DNA of 64,000 nucleotides from an uncultured Erysipelotrichaceae bacterium. GTDB lineage: Bacteria > Bacillota_I > Bacilli_A > RF39 > UBA660. A program made the translations under genes and the position numbers. The notes below the pieces were generated by a model. That model ran no database searches. It was not told the DNA's origin and saw nothing but the letters and a program-made list of their open reading frames with translations. Shown here one piece after another: positions 1 through 9,132 of the stretch. Position 1 is the first letter of the stretch. Each line of letters starts with the position of its first letter. The stretch covers positions 3,278 to 67,277 of the forward strand of contig CACZST010000036.1 of NCBI GenBank assembly GCA_902783895.1, read 5' to 3'.

Positions 1-511
1 AATATATTGGCTGAAGTTTATTTAAAACAATATATGTTAATACTTCTTTAAAAAAAGAATAATAATCTTCAGTTTGAATTAATTTATAAATATCTTCCGG
101 AAAAGTTCGCGGAACTGTTTCATCATTTTTAGATAAGTTATATAAATCTAAACTTAATCTTTTTATTTGAGGACTTTTTTTTAGATATTTTTTTAATGTG
201 TTAATGTTTTCAAATGTATGAATTCTTCCTTCTAGTATTGATATTAAACTTGTTACAATGGTTTCAAAATTTTCATAGTTTGTTAGTTTAAATCTTTTAT
301 AAATACTTTTATAATCACTTCCGATACTACGGTAACCAATACAATAGTTGTTGACGGTAGAATCACTTATATTATCAATATTAAAAATTGCACAAAAGAT
401 ATCTGTTTGGCAAGCAAAGGCTTTATTAACTGAATTTTCTTTAATAATACGGCATAAGTTGCCTAAGGATAGTTGATTATCATTATTATTTAATTTAACA
501 TAGTTTTTCAT
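1..511 (-). CDS. hypothetical protein, N-terminal part only (ORF runs off the left edge)
   Basis: Absent from the ORF track because there is no stop in the window. Own translation from ATG (comp.) at 511 gives MKNYVKLNNNDNQLSLGNLCRIIKENSVNKAFACQTDIF..., open to nt 1. It starts 4 nt after the stop of 515..1885, so probably the same operon. Confidence 0.5.
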   Translation of the reverse strand, partial: MKNYVKLNNNDNQLSLGNLCRIIKENSVNKAFACQTDIFCAIFNIDNISDSTVNNYCIGYRSIGSDYKSIYKRFKLTNYENFETIVTSLISILEGRIHTFENINTLKKYLKKSPQIKRLSLDLYNLSKNDETVPRTFPEDIYKLIQTEDYYSFFKEVLTYIVLNKLQPIY

Positions 512-514
512 TTT

Positions 515-1885
515 CTACCTTCTTCCATTTAGCTTACTTTCATAATCAGCATCATAAATTAAAGCATTATGTTCATCTAGGCTACCAACATAACCGCGGA
601 AATTTTCCATTTTTTGTTTAAGTCTTTTTCTTTCTAATAAAGCATTAGCAATAGCTTCAGTTTCATTTTCGTTTGGATTTAATAATTCTGTTTCTGATGC
701 GATAATATATTTAATTATTTGAGGGTTTTCGGTTTGAGTAAATTCCATATAATAATACTGATTTATATTATTATCAATTTTTTTCTTATCACTTATTATA
801 AAACTAGTTCCATCATCTCTTCGGTAAGTCCTATAATCGCTTGTTATTTGGCTTTGAATACCTATAAATCCACCATTTTTAGTAGCCGCTTTTATATCAC
901 TTATGGTTATTATTTCTAGCGGGATATTTTTTTCGATATATATTATTTTAATTTCACCATCTAATTCAAAGTAATATTTATCCATATTATTTAAACTTTC
1001 TATTTTATAATAATTTATATTTTCGCCTATTTTATTTGTGATAGTTCTCATTTTATATATTTCTATTTTATTTTCATTTATTTTAAGGATTTTTGCGACT
1101 ATATTTTCCTCAGATAAAGTAGTAAGATTAAATTTTATTTCTTCTGGTTCGTTTGTAATATTATGAGATTTATGACTATAAAAATTTTTATCTAATCCAA
1201 AATATATAAAGGAACAATGATTTCCTTTTTTATTATCGCAGTCCCATGTTAAATCGACGCCTACATATTTATCTTCTAATTTCAAAATATTCCATGCATG
1301 AGAATTTTGACGACTTTGATAAAAACAAGGGACACCAATACGATCCATAATTTCTTTGTAAGTTAAAGCAAAGCCAGCGCATACAAATCTTTTATATAAT
1401 ATTCCTGTAAGGTTTCTGATAACTTCATAATCATTATCGTCTATTTTTTCTCTTGCGTTTTCATCATCATATTGGTAATGACATTCTTCTACTATTTTTT
1501 TATAAATATATAAACTTTTTTCGGTGTTACTCCAATTATCATTTATGCCTTTTTCTAACTTTTTTAATTTACTTATTACCTCTGATAATACTAGTGGTGA
1601 ATATATAGTTCTTTTTATATATTTAGTTTCATTATATTTTTTTATTTTTAAATAATCTAAACCACCTAAAACACTAAATTTGGTTTTTGACTTATCTATT
1701 TGTTTTATGATATCACTATCTTGATTTACGGTGTTTTTCAAAATCAATATTTTAGGTTCATTATTTTCATTTAGTTTTTTTACATCATCTAAAGTTATTT
1801 TACCTTCAACATAATATAATGGAAATGCGGATAATACTTTTATTTTCATTCTTAACTCTTCTGATAGTTTTATAAAGTTAGCCAT
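515..1885 (-). CDS. transglutaminase-like cysteine-protease-fold protein with long C-terminal extension
   Basis: Cys-His-Asp core motifs in order: 'RFVCAGFALTY', 'NSHAWNIL', 'VGVDLTWD'. Overlaps the upstream LRR gene by 8 nt. Confidence 0.6.
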   Translation of the reverse strand: MANFIKLSEELRMKIKVLSAFPLYYVEGKITLDDVKKLNENNEPKILILKNTVNQDSDIIKQIDKSKTKFSVLGGLDYLKIKKYNETKYIKRTIYSPLVLSEVISKLKKLEKGINDNWSNTEKSLYIYKKIVEECHYQYDDENAREKIDDNDYEVIRNLTGILYKRFVCAGFALTYKEIMDRIGVPCFYQSRQNSHAWNILKLEDKYVGVDLTWDCDNKKGNHCSFIYFGLDKNFYSHKSHNITNEPEEIKFNLTTLSEENIVAKILKINENKIEIYKMRTITNKIGENINYYKIESLNNMDKYYFELDGEIKIIYIEKNIPLEIITISDIKAATKNGGFIGIQSQITSDYRTYRRDDGTSFIISDKKKIDNNINQYYYMEFTQTENPQIIKYIIASETELLNPNENETEAIANALLERKRLKQKMENFRGYVGSLDEHNALIYDADYESKLNGRR

Positions 1886-2423
1886 TTTCCTTACCTACTT
1901 TTTTTATTATTTCATTTGACTTTTTTACTAATACTTTATAATTTAGGTTATTGAATAAATTTTCATTCTCTTCATATTGAGCATCAGAGATAGATAATTG
2001 ATTTACAATTATATTATCGATAGTATTGAAATTTGCTTTAGATAAATCAATTTTATTTGCGATTATTTTAATGTTTGGAATATAAACATTTTTAAGTGTT
2101 AGATTATTAACTTTTATTTCATTAATAAGGTTTAGATTAGTACTGTCAAAAACTAGATTATTTAAATTACTAATTTCACCTAAATTATTTATTATCTCAC
2201 AGTTAATTATATATAAATTTTCTAAATTTAGATTTTTTATTATATTTATTGCTTTACTGTCTATAATGGTATTTTCAATATATAATGTTTTTAAGTTTTT
2301 AAAGTTTAAAAGTTCTTCAAAGTAAACTTTAGTTATTTTATTTTCTTCAAAACTATTAATCATAATTTCAGTTATGGGATTTTGAAGCTTTATACTGTTT
2401 AAAATGCTTAGTGTTTTAATCAT
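1878..2423 (-). CDS. leucine-rich repeat (LRR) protein, no signal peptide
   Basis: Repeated LxxLxLxxN-type units (NLKTLYIENT, NLENLYIINCEI, LNNLVFDSTNLNL, VNNLTLKNVYI). Confidence 0.6.
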   Translation of the reverse strand: MIKTLSILNSIKLQNPITEIMINSFEENKITKVYFEELLNFKNLKTLYIENTIIDSKAINIIKNLNLENLYIINCEIINNLGEISNLNNLVFDSTNLNLINEIKVNNLTLKNVYIPNIKIIANKIDLSKANFNTIDNIIVNQLSISDAQYEENENLFNNLNYKVLVKKSNEIIKKVGKENG

Positions 2424-2577
2424 GTTTTATCTCCTTTTATATTAATATTTTATCACTATATTATAATTGATAGCAACGATTTATGGGCATTTTGTGAGTT
2501 TTTTGTTTTTAATTGAGTATTACTCGTTATGGATATTTTATTTTGGCAAATATATAATTACTTTGGAGGGAGAATTT

Positions 2578-3816
2578 ATGAAAAATTTATGGAAAAATTA
2601 TAAGCAAACAATTATTTTAGTTATTTCTATTATAATTGGAACTATTGCAGGTTTAATTTTTAAAGAAAAAGCAGATATTGTTAAACCTTTTGGTGATTTA
2701 TTTCTTAATTTAATGTTTGTGGTTATTGTACCTTTGGTATTTTTAACTGTAACAACAACAATTGCGAAAATGAAAAGTCCAAAAAGACTTGGGAAGATAA
2801 TGGCATCAATATTATTTGTATTTATTATAACTTCACTTGTCGCTGTACTTGTTGGAGTTGGTACAACATTTATGACTAATTTGGTTGATTCTGGTGATAA
2901 GGTTTCAATCGAAAAAATGTTTAGTTCATCTGATAAAGTAAGTGATAAGCTTAATTTCTTAGATAGTACAGTTAAACTTATTAGTGTTGATGATTTTAGT
3001 GGTTTACTATCTAAAGAAAATGTTGTAGCAATATTAGTATTTGGAATTTTATTTGGTTTAGCAATTAAAATGAGTGGTAAAAAAGCTGAACCTGTTGTAA
3101 ATTTCTTAAATGCGGCTAATGATATTACATTTAATCTAATCAAGATTATTATGTATTATGCACCTATTGGTTTAGGATGTTATTTCGCAGCTTTAGTTGG
3201 TTCCTTTGGAGCATCTATTGCAGTTGGATTTGCGAAAACATTTGTTATTTATACAGTAGTCGCAGTACTTTATTACTTTATTATATATAGTATTTATGCA
3301 TTTATATCAGGGGGTAAGGAAGGATTTAAAAGATTTTGGAAAAATATTGTACCTCCTACCTTTACAGCTTTAGCTACTTGTTCTTCTGGAGCAACTATTC
3401 CAGCTAATATTGAGGCTTCTAAAAAAATAGGTGTTCCTGATGATGTAGCAGAAACTGTTATTCCACTTGGTACAAGTTTACATAAAGATGGAACAATTAT
3501 TGGTAGTGTATTTAAAATAATGTTTTTAGTTTATCTATTCGGTATGGATATGTCTAGTAATATTGTTCAAATAATGGTAGTAGCAATTATAGCTAACTTA
3601 CTTATAAGTGCGGTACCTATTGGTGGTGGTACAGTCTCTGAAATGATGATTATTTCAATGATGGGATTCCCTGTAGCTGCCTTACCTGTGCTTACAATGA
3701 TTGCGACAATTATTGATCCACCAGCAACTATGCTTAATGCGGTTGGAGAAACATCTTCTTCAATGTTAGTTGCCAGAGTTGTTGATGGTAAAAAATGGCT
3801 TAACAAAAAAAGTTAA
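2578..3816 (+). CDS. dicarboxylate/amino acid:cation symporter (DAACS) family transporter
   Basis: Polytopic membrane protein with DAACS-like motifs 'TCSSGATIPAN', 'IPLGTSLHKDGT', 'PIGGGTVSEMM'. GGAGGG RBS lies just upstream of ATG 2578; the track start at 2467 is an upstream extension. Confidence 0.8.
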   Translation: MKNLWKNYKQTIILVISIIIGTIAGLIFKEKADIVKPFGDLFLNLMFVVIVPLVFLTVTTTIAKMKSPKRLGKIMASILFVFIITSLVAVLVGVGTTFMTNLVDSGDKVSIEKMFSSSDKVSDKLNFLDSTVKLISVDDFSGLLSKENVVAILVFGILFGLAIKMSGKKAEPVVNFLNAANDITFNLIKIIMYYAPIGLGCYFAALVGSFGASIAVGFAKTFVIYTVVAVLYYFIIYSIYAFISGGKEGFKRFWKNIVPPTFTALATCSSGATIPANIEASKKIGVPDDVAETVIPLGTSLHKDGTIIGSVFKIMFLVYLFGMDMSSNIVQIMVVAIIANLLISAVPIGGGTVSEMMIISMMGFPVAALPVLTMIATIIDPPATMLNAVGETSSSMLVARVVDGKKWLNKKS

Positions 3817-3826
3817 GTCTTTTTTA
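3787..3826. repeat. 40-nt direct repeat, copy 1 (3' end of transporter gene plus terminator)
   Basis: 36/40 identical to 4291..4330, offset 504 nt. Confidence 0.85.
3797..3825 (+). terminator. rho-independent terminator of the transporter gene (hairpin includes the stop codon)
   Basis: ggcttaac-aaaaaaa-gttaagtc followed by tttttt. Confidence 0.6.
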
Positions 3827-3898
3827 TGAAATGTGTTTTGTAACTATTGTTTTTTCTTTTTTAAAGATATATGATAAAAGTGAAAAGGAGATGATGCA

Positions 3899-4255
3899 TT
3901 GTATATGAAGGAAGAATTTAATGTTGGAACGCCAACAAAGGAAAATATTGAATATGCTTTTAAAAATTTAATATTTTATGTTACTGCTTCAGTGGATTTG
4001 AATCTTTATAAAGTTTGGCATAAAAGATTTGAGAATGTTTTGAAAAAAATTAATAAAGTTTTATCAATATACATAAATAATGGAAATCTTATGTCTATTG
4101 ATGAAAAAACTTTGCAGAATATAAAATTTGACTTGATTGATTTAGATACCCAAACAAAATCTTTAAAATCCTATTTTGCAGAATGGTCACTACTTTGGCT
4201 TGATGCAATCATTTCTTTAAGATTATCAGAAATAAAGATGCATAATCAATTATAA
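3899..4255 (+). CDS. hypothetical protein (118 aa) in a ~0.5 kb segment bracketed by the 40-nt repeats
   Basis: ORF track. AAGGAG lies 8 nt upstream of TTG 3899 (alternative ATG 3905). No recognisable motif. Confidence 0.4.
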   Translation: MYMKEEFNVGTPTKENIEYAFKNLIFYVTASVDLNLYKVWHKRFENVLKKINKVLSIYINNGNLMSIDEKTLQNIKFDLIDLDTQTKSLKSYFAEWSLLWLDAIISLRLSEIKMHNQL

Positions 4256-4290
4256 GTATATCTTATTTAGTGCTAACTATTAGAGTTATT

Positions 4291-4330
4291 GGCGAAAAAA
4301 GGCTTAACAAAAAAAGTTAGGTCTTTTTTA
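4291..4330. repeat. 40-nt direct repeat, copy 2 (duplicate terminator)
   Basis: ggcgaaaaaaggcttaacaaaaaaagttaggtctttttta versus ggtaaaaaatggcttaacaaaaaaagttaagtctttttta. Confidence 0.85.
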
Positions 4331-4373
4331 TTATAAATAACTCTTTTTCTTCATATTATTAAATGGTGATACC

Positions 4374-6278
4374 ATGTTTTTTAAAAATATTCACATTAGA
4401 ATGAAAATAGCGCTTCTTTTAATTACTTTGGTTTTTATTATTATAATTTTTAGAGTATTTTATATTCAAGTTTTCGATTATAAAAAATTAAATAATTATG
4501 CGAGTAATTTATGGAGTCGTAATTTACCTATTAAAGCTGATAGAGGTTTGATTTATGACCGTAATGGAATTGTTTTAGCTGATAATGTAACAACTACATC
4601 TTTGGTTGTTATTCCAAATCAAATTAAAAATAAGAAAGAAACTGCGACAAAGCTTTCCGAGATATTAAACGTTGATTACGATACAATGTATAAACATGTT
4701 AGTAAAAGAACTTCTATTGAAAGGGTTCATCCTGAAGGCCGTAGACTTTCTTATGAGATTGCGGACAAGATTAAAGATTTAAAATTAGATGGAGTTTATT
4801 TAGTTAAAGAGTCACAGAGGTCATATCCTTATGACACTTATATGGCCCATACATTAGGATTTGTGGGTGTTGATAATCAAGGACTTTCTGGTATCGAACT
4901 TACTTATGATAATTATTTAACTGGTCAAGATGGAGCAATTAAATATTATAGTGATGCGAAAGGAAATAAGCTTAAGCTTAATGAAGTTTATCAGCAGCCT
5001 CAAGATGGGATGAATATTACATTAACGATTAATAATGAAATTCAAGCTTCTTTAGAAAGAGAGCTTAATAATGCGGTTACTAAATTTGATCCTGATAGAG
5101 CTATTGGTCTTGTGATGGATCCAAATAGCGGTGAAATTTTAGCTATTTCGGCTAGGCCAAACTTCTCCCCTAGCTCATATCAAAAATATAGTATTGAGGA
5201 AATTAATAGGAATCTTCCTATTTGGGCAACTTATGAGCCTGGTTCAACTTTTAAAATTATCACTTTAGCGGCGGCTTTGGAGGAAAAAAAGGTTGATTTA
5301 GATAAGGATACCTTTGTGGATACTGGTAGTGTTAAGGTTGAAAATTCAACACTTCACTGCTGGAAACATGGTGGACATGGACATGAAACGTTCTTACAAG
5401 TTGTTGAAAATTCATGTAACCCAGGATTTGTTGAATTAGGTCAAAGGCTTGGAAAAAATACTTTATTTAGTTATATTAATAAATTTGGCTTTGGAAAAAA
5501 GACTGGGGTTGATTTAAATGGTGAGGCTTCTGGGATTATATTTAATTTAAATAAGGTTGGTCCAGTTGAACTAGCAACTACGGCTTTTGGTCAAGGGGTT
5601 TCGGTTACTCCTATTCAGCAGGTAACTGCAGTTTCGGCAGCTATTAATGGTGGAACATTATATAAGCCATATATTGTTAAAAGTATAAATGAACCTGAAA
5701 CAAATACAATTATTAAAGAAAATAAAAAACAGGCTGTAGGAAAAGTTATTAGTGAAGATACAAGTAAAGAAGTTAGAAGAGCTTTAGAAAGTGTTGTCGC
5801 AAATGGTAGTGGGCGAACATCTTATATTGATGGTTATAGAGTTGGTGGTAAAACAGGAACGGCTCAAAAGGTTTCTAATGGTAAATATTTAGCTAATAAT
5901 TATATTTTGTCGTTTATAGGATTTTTACCTGCTGATGATCCAAAGGTTGTTGTTTATATTGCAATTGATAATCCTAAAGGAACTGTTCAATATGGAGGAA
6001 CAACTGTTGGACCAATTTCTAAGGCAGTTTTGCAGGACAGTATTAAAGCATTAAATATTGAAAAAAGAGAAGATGGTTTAGATAAGAAGTATAAATGGCC
6101 TGATCCTAAAACTTTGAAGGTGGAAAATGTTGTTGGTATGGATGTAGAAGATGCGAAAGATAAGTTAAAAGGATTTGAAGTTATTGTAGAGGGAAACGGT
6201 GATAAGGTAATTCATCAATCACCTGATGAAGGAACTACACTTGATGAGGGAAAAACTGTAAGAATTTTTACAGAATAG
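4374..6278 (+). CDS. spoVD: class B penicillin-binding protein, SpoVD-like (one C-terminal PASTA domain)
   Basis: N-terminal TM. Transpeptidase motifs 'STFK', 'SCN', 'KTGT'. Single PASTA-like tail 'VENVVGMDVEDAKDKL...'. Followed by mraY. Confidence 0.8.
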   Translation: MFFKNIHIRMKIALLLITLVFIIIIFRVFYIQVFDYKKLNNYASNLWSRNLPIKADRGLIYDRNGIVLADNVTTTSLVVIPNQIKNKKETATKLSEILNVDYDTMYKHVSKRTSIERVHPEGRRLSYEIADKIKDLKLDGVYLVKESQRSYPYDTYMAHTLGFVGVDNQGLSGIELTYDNYLTGQDGAIKYYSDAKGNKLKLNEVYQQPQDGMNITLTINNEIQASLERELNNAVTKFDPDRAIGLVMDPNSGEILAISARPNFSPSSYQKYSIEEINRNLPIWATYEPGSTFKIITLAAALEEKKVDLDKDTFVDTGSVKVENSTLHCWKHGGHGHETFLQVVENSCNPGFVELGQRLGKNTLFSYINKFGFGKKTGVDLNGEASGIIFNLNKVGPVELATTAFGQGVSVTPIQQVTAVSAAINGGTLYKPYIVKSINEPETNTIIKENKKQAVGKVISEDTSKEVRRALESVVANGSGRTSYIDGYRVGGKTGTAQKVSNGKYLANNYILSFIGFLPADDPKVVVYIAIDNPKGTVQYGGTTVGPISKAVLQDSIKALNIEKREDGLDKKYKWPDPKTLKVENVVGMDVEDAKDKLKGFEVIVEGNGDKVIHQSPDEGTTLDEGKTVRIFTE

Positions 6279-6288
6279 GAGGAATTAT

Positions 6289-7281
6289 ATGCTGATACTT
6301 ACTAAATCTGTAATGGCTATGATGATTGGGTTTATTTTTTCAACTATTTTGGGTCTTATTATCATTCCTATTTTAAGAAAATTACATGCCGGACAAACTA
6401 TTAGTAAATGGCTTAAAAATACACACAATTCAAAGCAAGGAACACCCACAATGGGTGGTCTTATATTTATTGTTCCTTCTTTTTTAGTAATGATTTTACT
6501 TTGGTTTTTAGGAAAAGTTAGTTTTAACTACTCTCTTGCGATTATTTTATTTACATTTATTGGTTATGCGGTAATTGGATTTATTGATGATTTTCTTATT
6601 ATTTTAAAGCATGATAATAAAGGTCTTACTAAAAGTCAGAAATTTATGATGCAAGTTTTTGTTTCGATAATATTCTTTTATTTATTTATGAAAGGTGGTA
6701 ATGAACCCCTACTTTGGGTTCATGGACTTCATTTCAAACTTAATATAGGATGGATGTATGGACTTTTCATTTTGTTTGTTTTAGTGGCAAGTAGTAACGC
6801 GGTTAATTTAACTGATGGTTTGGATGGTCTTGCTGGTGGGCTTTCTGTAATATGTTTTTTAACATTTGGGATTATTTCTTGGAATACTCAGTGGCTTTTA
6901 GGATATGAAGAGCTAGCTTTATGGGCTTTTTTACTGGTTGGAAGTTTACTTGGATTTTTAGTTTATAATACTAACAAAGCTAAGGTTTTTATGGGTGATA
7001 CTGGTTCACTTGCTTTAGGAGCAACACTTGGAGCATATGCGATTATGACAAGACATGAACTTTTACTTGTTTTAATTGGTATTGTTTTTGTAATAGAAAC
7101 ATTAAGTTGTATGATTCAAATATGCGTGTTTAAATTAACTGGTAAAAGAGTTTTTCCGATGACTCCTATTCATCATTCTTTTGAGAAAAAAGGAATGAAA
7201 GAGACGGATATTGTAAAATTATTTTGGACTGTTGGTTTAATTGCTTCAATGATTTCCTTAGTATATGGGGTGTGGCTATGA
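6289..7281 (+). CDS. mraY: phospho-N-acetylmuramoyl-pentapeptide transferase
   Basis: Polytopic protein with 'GFIDDFLII', 'NAVNLTDGLDGLA', 'FMGDTGSLALG', 'PIHHSFE' typical of MraY. Confidence 0.95.
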   Translation: MLILTKSVMAMMIGFIFSTILGLIIIPILRKLHAGQTISKWLKNTHNSKQGTPTMGGLIFIVPSFLVMILLWFLGKVSFNYSLAIILFTFIGYAVIGFIDDFLIILKHDNKGLTKSQKFMMQVFVSIIFFYLFMKGGNEPLLWVHGLHFKLNIGWMYGLFILFVLVASSNAVNLTDGLDGLAGGLSVICFLTFGIISWNTQWLLGYEELALWAFLLVGSLLGFLVYNTNKAKVFMGDTGSLALGATLGAYAIMTRHELLLVLIGIVFVIETLSCMIQICVFKLTGKRVFPMTPIHHSFEKKGMKETDIVKLFWTVGLIASMISLVYGVWL

Positions 7282-8354
7282 AGAAAATGGATATTGGACT
7301 TTTTTTAGCAGTAATTATTTTATCTCTGTTTGGACTTTTAATGGTTTACTCTTCTTCAGCAATTTGGGCAGATTATAAATTTGATGACCCTTTTAAATAT
7401 GTGAAAAGTCAAGGAATGTTTTTAATTATTGGAACTATTTTTATGTATTTTTTTAGTAAAATAGATTATGAGAAGTATTATGATAATAGTAATAAACTTT
7501 TTTTAATATGTTTTTCCTTGCTTATATTAGTTTTATTTTTTGGAACTGAAAGAAACGGTAGTAAGAGTTGGTTTGGGATTGGGCCTTTTGGTATTCAACC
7601 AAGTGAATTTATGAAACTATCAATGGTTATTTTTACTAGTAAATATTTATATAATAATAAAGCTGATATTACAAATATTAAAAAAGGAGTTATTCCTATT
7701 TTATGTCTTACTTTACTTATATTTGGGCTTATAATGATGCAGCCGGATTTTGGAACTGGGGTTATACTTGTAATTGGAGTTATTGCTTTATTATTTGTTG
7801 GTGGAGTTTCAATTAGTTTTTTCTTAAAAATTGGTGTGGTTGGAATTTTAGGGGTTATTGGTTTAATTTTAGCTGCCCCTTATAGACTTAAAAGAATATT
7901 ATCATTTTTAAATCCATGGAGTGATCCTTTAGGGGCTGGTTTTCAAATCATACAATCACTATATGCGATTGGGCCTGGTGGTTTATTTGGATTTGGTCTT
8001 GGTGGTTCCAGACAAAAACACTTTTATCTGCCTGAGCCGCAAACTGATTTTATTTTTTCAATTATAAGCGAAGAATTTGGATTTCTAGGAGTATTAATTG
8101 TTTCATCTTTATTTTTAATTATAATTTATAAATCTATTAAAATTGCTTTAAAATGCCAAAACTTATTTGGTAAATATTTAGTATTTGGGATTAGTTTTAT
8201 GCTTAGTTTTCAAGCATTACTTAATTTAAGTGTTGTGATTGGTCTTATTCCAGTTACTGGTGTTACTCTGCCCTTTTTAAGTTATGGTGGTTCTAGTTTA
8301 CTTATTACTTTATGTAGTATGGGGATTATATTAAATGTTTCAAGGCATATATAA
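7278..8354 (+). CDS. ftsW: FtsW/RodA/SpoVE (SEDS) family peptidoglycan polymerase
   Basis: Polytopic protein with 'QPSEFMKL', 'MQPDFGT', 'LPEPQTDFIFS', 'TGVTLPFLSYGGSS'. ATG 7278 overlaps the mraY stop by 4 nt; the track start at 7224 is an extension. Confidence 0.85.
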   Translation: MKKMDIGLFLAVIILSLFGLLMVYSSSAIWADYKFDDPFKYVKSQGMFLIIGTIFMYFFSKIDYEKYYDNSNKLFLICFSLLILVLFFGTERNGSKSWFGIGPFGIQPSEFMKLSMVIFTSKYLYNNKADITNIKKGVIPILCLTLLIFGLIMMQPDFGTGVILVIGVIALLFVGGVSISFFLKIGVVGILGVIGLILAAPYRLKRILSFLNPWSDPLGAGFQIIQSLYAIGPGGLFGFGLGGSRQKHFYLPEPQTDFIFSIISEEFGFLGVLIVSSLFLIIIYKSIKIALKCQNLFGKYLVFGISFMLSFQALLNLSVVIGLIPVTGVTLPFLSYGGSSLLITLCSMGIILNVSRHI

Positions 8355-8356
8355 AA

Positions 8357-8379
8357 AGGTAAGCTATATTTGCTTACCT
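8357..8379 (-). terminator. hairpin terminator between convergent ftsW and srtB
   Basis: aggtaagc-tatattt-gcttacct. An A-run on the + side gives a T-run on the - strand. Overlaps the srtB stop. Confidence 0.5.
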
Positions 8380-9086
8380 ATTACTAGTCTGAAACCATCG
8401 CTTTTATTATTTGTATAAGTACATGTTTGAAGGATAATAATTTTAGAGTCTTTATTTATTTCAATATTGGTTTTATAATCCGAATTATTTTTTAATCTAT
8501 TTAAATGCTTTTCATAAGTAGTATTAAAATCTTTTAAATTAACATAATCAAAGTTATCATTTTCTTTATAACTTGAGAAAATATCAAATTCTTTTTTACC
8601 ATCTAAAGTATATAAGAATATTTTAGGATGTTTTTCATAATACTGTTTACTACTATAGTAAGTAAGCGTTCTAAATGGTAATACACTGTTTAGATTGTTG
8701 TGACCATAAATTATTATTTTGTTATAGTCATTTAAGTTAATTCTATAATCAAGAAATATAGCTCCATCTTTGTTTTCTTTTTTGTATAAATCATGAGTTA
8801 AATAATAGTTGTTATCTTTGGCTTGGGTAACCGGTTCTTTTAAAACACCAGGTATTTCTAGAATGGCTACTATCTCATCATTATTATACTGTTTTCTTAA
8901 ATTTTCAATTTCCTTTTTATAATCATATATTGGGATATCTACTTTTTTTTCTTCGTTTAATGTTTTGGTAGTACTTTTAGAAGTACTTATTAAAAGTGGG
9001 TACATACCTATCACGATAAATATAATTCCTAAGGCAATTAATATTTTTTTCACTTCTATCACCTTTCTTTGGGTATATTGTAACAA
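8364..9086 (-). CDS. srtB: class B sortase
   Basis: N-terminal TM. 'AKDNNYYLTHDLYKKENKDGAIFLD', 'IYGHN' and catalytic 'ILQTCTY' (TLxTC-like). Lies 46 nt downstream of the adhesin gene. Confidence 0.8.
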   Translation of the reverse strand: MLQYTQRKVIEVKKILIALGIIFIVIGMYPLLISTSKSTTKTLNEEKKVDIPIYDYKKEIENLRKQYNNDEIVAILEIPGVLKEPVTQAKDNNYYLTHDLYKKENKDGAIFLDYRINLNDYNKIIIYGHNNLNSVLPFRTLTYYSSKQYYEKHPKIFLYTLDGKKEFDIFSSYKENDNFDYVNLKDFNTTYEKHLNRLKNNSDYKTNIEINKDSKIIILQTCTYTNNKSDGFRLVIGKQI

Positions 9087-9132
9087 ACGTTTATATGAAA
9101 TGCAAGAAAAAACATACCTCGGTATGTTTTTC

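Noticed and set aside
2467-2577. Upstream extensions of track ORFs. Track starts 2467, 7224, 14656, 19220, 22290, 26364, 36926, 38844, 48011, 50304 and 53608 were replaced; the calls now begin at 2578, 7278, 14707, 19187, 22275, 26409, 36911, 38796, 48086, 50226 and 53572.
   Set aside because: In most cases an internal ATG is preceded by a canonical GGAGG-type RBS at 6-9 nt and matches the conserved N-terminus of the family. The upstream parts look like non-coding sequence.
2598-3143. 181-aa ORF antisense to the DAACS transporter. Similar antisense ORFs include 3567..3806, 9706..10039, 15614..15847, 24584..24862, 27292..27579, 37840..38319, 43603..43848, 56750..57016, 57308..57595 and 63294..63680.
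   Set aside because: All lie entirely inside well-supported genes on the opposite strand. They have low-complexity Ser/Ile/Phe/Pro-rich translations typical of antisense frames in AT-rich DNA, and they lack RBSs.
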